A stretch of 47,480 nt of DNA, taken from NCBI GenBank assembly GCA_964554475.1, contig CAZKOT010000005.1:1-47480 (forward strand), written 5' to 3'. Below the pieces are notes generated by a model, which searched no databases, was not told the DNA's origin, and saw only the letters and a list, made by a program, of their open reading frames with translations. Position 1 is the first letter of the stretch. Each line of letters starts with the position of its first letter. Origin of the DNA: an uncultured Christensenella sp. (GTDB lineage Bacteria > Bacillota > Clostridia > Christensenellales > UBA1242). The position numbers and the translations under genes are program-made. Shown here piece after piece: positions 45,001-47,480 of the stretch.

Positions 45001-47480
45001 CGATGACAGAGTTCTTTTACCATTTCCAGAAATGGCAGGTTTTTCATTCATTGGTTGGGGACGAGAATTAGACAGTGAATTGCATATTTATTACGGGCAA
45101 ATAACCAGTCTTGACAATGTTAGTGAAATAAGACTTGATGCACTTTGGATTGCAAATAAAAATTATGACGATAATGATATTTTAAGTGGCTTTGGTGATG
45201 AAATTGTTATCACCTATGTTGACGGAACAATATTAAACAGTTTTACTGTGACAGTTGGAACAGAAATAACACTGTCAGCACCTTCACCAAGAGCGGGTTT
45301 TGAATTTGTTGGCTGGTTTGAACGAGTTAGTGGAATTAACGGTTATATTTGGAGCGGAACCGAAGTTGTTGAGGCTGATGCAGATAACAAAATTGTTTTT
45401 GAAGCAATTTGGAAAGGTATTTCACAGCAAGAACAACAAAATGCTCCCACCTTTGCAGAAACAATAAATCCTGTTGAACGATTTTTTAATAATCTTGCAA
45501 ATGGATTAACAACCGCTTGGAATAATGGATTTGATGTTGCGTTATTTGTTTTATTAGGGATTACCGTTTTTGCTGTTGTAAGTTATTATCTTTCAAAAAA
45601 ATTGAAAATGGAAAACAGACAATGGAAAATTAATGGTGACTTTGCTCCAATTAATTTCAATACACAATACATAATGCACAATACTCAATTAAAGCACAAT
45701 GGTTTCATAAAAGAAAATAAACAAAATCAAAATAATAAAGATATTAATCAATTACTAACAAATGAAAACTTATTGCATAACGAACAATTTAATAAAGTAA
45801 AAAAAGAAAAAAATTCATATAAATTTAAAAAACCTGTAAAGTTTAAATTAAAACACTTAATGATTTGTGTTTCTTTTGTTATGTCAATACTTTTCATGGG
45901 AATTGTATGTTTAGAAAAATTGCCAAGCGGTGTTTTTGAAAATAATTCACAATCCATAGTTCAAAGTTCACAGCTGATTGATGAAGATGAAAATAAAGAA
46001 AAACATTTAACAAAAAAAGAGGTTTTAAATAAATTTAATGATTTATCAAATCAAGTAATCTCTCAATTCTCCACTCTCAATTCTCGAATTAACAATAGTT
46101 CTCAATTCTCAGGTGAAATTGGTGAAGAAGAGCAAGAAGAGCAAGTCTTAACCGATGATGAGGCTTTCTTGTTTGCTTTGGCTGCAATTGATCTTTTGGG
46201 CTTGGGTTATACTGTCTTCCCGGCAATTGCAGTAAAAAATGATGAAACAGAAATTAAAGGACTTGCTTACACAGATTTTATTGATGGATTTACACAAGAA
46301 GAGGATGAGCGAGTTTATTTCGGCAGTGGATTTGTTGCATTACCTTATCAACAAATTATAACAAATGAAGAAGTTGAAGAAGGAATTAAAATTTATTCAC
46401 TTGATGAAAATGGTGAAAAGATTATTGATGATGAGTATGGCTACATTCTTTCATTTAGCGAAAGTTATGAAAATTCTTTACACTATATATCAAATGAAAA
46501 ATATGTAACTTACAAATTAAATGGTTACAATGTTGAATATGAAATACTGCCAAACTTGGAAGAAAATTATAATTTAAGTTTGGGTGCTCTTTATTCTTAT
46601 GATCTTGAGAGAAATATTTTTGACCCAGATTTAGGGCAAGAGTTTAATATTACAGGAACAAGCATAAATAGTTTACTTGACCCAGTTATGGCACAAGCTC
46701 AATTTAATGCTTATGTTGCCGAGCAAACAAAGAATGGCTTTACTGTTGACACTCTCAATTTCTCATATATTTCACTTGAAGCATTGGATGCGGTGATTTT
46801 AGGCGAACAAGAGGAATCCTTTTTAGGGCTTTCTCCTGATGAGATTTATGAGTATGAAAAAAATCTTGCAATAAATGAATATTACGCTGTTGTCACAGAT
46901 GAAGAGGGCAACAGTCAATTAACAAAATTTGAACTTCCGCAAAACGAGCCAGAACTTTCATTTTGGGAAAAAATCAAAGCAGGTTTTTCCTCTATTGTTG
47001 TCGGCGTTGGAATGATTGTTGTTGGAGTTGTTATTGCGAGCGTTGTGAGTTGTTTTGCTTCACCTGCACTTGGGCAAATTGTTATGGGTGCATTTATGGG
47101 AGCAGGGATTGAACTTGTTATGCAAGGTATTGACGGAAAATCTCTTAGCGAAGTTAATTGGCTTAAAGTTGGAGTTGCAGCTGTTAGCGGAGCAATTTGT
47201 GCAATTCCAGGAATGGCTTGGTGGGGTGCAGCATTAGTTGGCGGACTTTCTCAAGCAGCAACAACAGCAATTGATGGAGGAAGTCTTGAAGAGTGTCTGC
47301 TATCCTTTGCAACAGGTGTGGCAATTGGTGTTGCAATTCATTTTGCAGGAAAATTACTTAATAAAGCTGTTAGTAAAATAAAAGGAAAGCTTGATTGCTT
47401 TGTTGCTGGAACATTAATACTTCTTGCCGATGGAACAGTAAAAACAATTGAAGATATTAAAGTTGGCGACAAGGTAAAAA
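42083..47480 (+). CDS. giant multi-domain surface / polymorphic-toxin-like protein, 3' end beyond the window
   Basis: I translated this frame by eye and met no stop from ATG 42083 (GAGG RBS) to base 47480. It has an N-terminal signal anchor and three G(F)xF(I/V/M)GW B-repeat modules (about 44750-45420). Two internal TM helices follow, then a Gly/Ala-rich hydrophobic region and a Hint block-A motif, CFVAGTLILLADGTVKTIEDIKVGDKV, from 47396. Confidence 0.85.
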   Translation, partial: MKKYNVKLNIVFQTLMILLSVFSVVIGSLFVSYSSNKVFANFNPLMVQYNQTQEQESSSDKKNIEITTYKLNDNTGYNINSSDQISNDNHLLKDANEIGKTFLNLSVIAESDFPQGETSDGRVGAFIETTNEQNLLLKQNGINAYGVSGSRVYIGLNYNFDKILGFVNYENVPKGTKSNIEFSSDTATSIGGKTVGEIKYGGILIQKKTSINDIYQMQTKQGETFDNIHTTDLTTWFSPEIYVNGYETAKLFQLSGQDINNGVFIQIQFAYELKYTYSWHEQADFWHWWGEDKSETVYVNMLEVAEFYVVQNSGVVSFHNASTTSTVENEGTSEAVRQAGTILSGHTSFNGFRLNTLGASYQVEYSKNFSSFALAEDGQFFSEQGRYDFKITTKLGKVREHVIFIDKREINDAVWAYFGESLLTSKGDSEESLDSYRLFTTGELPTYLAEQTYYHLNSLNNLFAKAYGRIYKESDVEGDERVFIAEITQENPDGTILEEGIYTADFYTDYGAYGEAFGISNCGSSSGDSYHFIFKFEVVDKETPSNPFVNEEYLNSFISVSDLMAKYYAITLQSSGTGKVAFAFADYFGAYNFAYNYERSFIEILGDNQFQYKSLDDPQILNIYNSQFSVLEAVDKYAEELIEIKYFDASEPQTYQTANIADEAVLNFEFEEDIVIFLNDIEQELATDSNNFLNGRKYRSVNSDGTISDGIIYPTFLAVGEFETKTITLINKTDPTIEFNIVYGVSIEQQLLEVNAPSGKYIVKEENKYGTISEYEVTYICNGEMSGVVTFEVFHNGETETKIITNLNNEQTIFANGFVLKSITNELDKHSIIKISKDGAQQNIFEFNEVQDLIFYEAGEYLFTFVDRLGNLFNYNVIITDQVGYQNISFVSEDETVQNTFAFIGQTITFPIPDVAEGFEFMGWQCGEIFAPVGENFTLISNEDLDFVEVLHFIETTITLYDGEIYTTLTAKPDDRVLLPFPEMAGFSFIGWGRELDSELHIYYGQITSLDNVSEIRLDALWIANKNYDDNDILSGFGDEIVITYVDGTILNSFTVTVGTEITLSAPSPRAGFEFVGWFERVSGINGYIWSGTEVVEADADNKIVFEAIWKGISQQEQQNAPTFAETINPVERFFNNLANGLTTAWNNGFDVALFVLLGITVFAVVSYYLSKKLKMENRQWKINGDFAPINFNTQYIMHNTQLKHNGFIKENKQNQNNKDINQLLTNENLLHNEQFNKVKKEKNSYKFKKPVKFKLKHLMICVSFVMSILFMGIVCLEKLPSGVFENNSQSIVQSSQLIDEDENKEKHLTKKEVLNKFNDLSNQVISQFSTLNSRINNSSQFSGEIGEEEQEEQVLTDDEAFLFALAAIDLLGLGYTVFPAIAVKNDETEIKGLAYTDFIDGFTQEEDERVYFGSGFVALPYQQIITNEEVEEGIKIYSLDENGEKIIDDEYGYILSFSESYENSLHYISNEKYVTYKLNGYNVEYEILPNLEENYNLSLGALYSYDLERNIFDPDLGQEFNITGTSINSLLDPVMAQAQFNAYVAEQTKNGFTVDTLNFSYISLEALDAVILGEQEESFLGLSPDEIYEYEKNLAINEYYAVVTDEEGNSQLTKFELPQNEPELSFWEKIKAGFSSIVVGVGMIVVGVVIASVVSCFASPALGQIVMGAFMGAGIELVMQGIDGKSLSEVNWLKVGVAAVSGAICAIPGMAWWGAALVGGLSQAATTAIDGGSLEECLLSFATGVAIGVAIHFAGKLLNKAVSKIKGKLDCFVAGTLILLADGTVKTIEDIKVGDKVK

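Noticed and set aside
1-47480. Alternative genetic code (TGA = Trp, as in Mycoplasma), considered because of the very low GC and the apparent ORF desert at 41.5-47.5 kb.
   Set aside because: TGG is used abundantly for Trp (for example tgg cat tgg tgg in the giant ORF). Conserved proteins end at expected lengths with the standard code. The desert is explained by one long frame that simply has no stop before the window end.

Overview
Low-GC (about one third G+C by eye) Bacillota/Mollicutes-like chromosomal segment, read with the standard genetic code: TGG Trp is abundant and genes end at the expected lengths. NrdDG, PPDK and FabK suggest an anaerobe. The left ~26 kb is housekeeping. It holds ppdK, a SAM-I riboswitch with metK, two double-HTH XRE regulators, a mazF-type pair, a znuACB-type zinc importer with a palindromic operator, and a patatin-like lipase. 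It also holds a ComEC-like MBL protein, NrdR boxes with nrdDG, a complete type II fatty-acid cluster (acpP-accBCDA-fabHKDGFZ), birA and pnuC. The right ~21 kb is accessory. It holds a GLUG/B-repeat surface protein and a ~9.5 kb phage head-neck module (TerS-like, portal, scaffold, capsid, neck proteins, two holins). That module lacks a large terminase, integrase, replication genes, tail fibre and same-strand endolysin. It also holds an M14 cell-wall peptidase with a GC-rich in-frame insertion, a NERD protein and a promoter-to-terminator small RNA. The most striking item is a giant open frame (42083 to the window end, at least 1,799 codons) that the ORF track omits because it has no stop in the window. 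It ends in a glycine-rich membrane region followed by a Hint-type CFVAGT module, which is polymorphic-toxin architecture. The second is a dispersed ~110-nt GC-rich hairpin-forming element: three clear copies and one degenerate copy, always in sense orientation to the upstream gene. The two best copies sit between AT-rich inverted ACAAAATACAAATAAGG arms, and CTCAATTCTC-type short repeats occur nearby, one tract lying in frame inside the giant gene. All family assignments come from motif recognition by eye; no searches were run.
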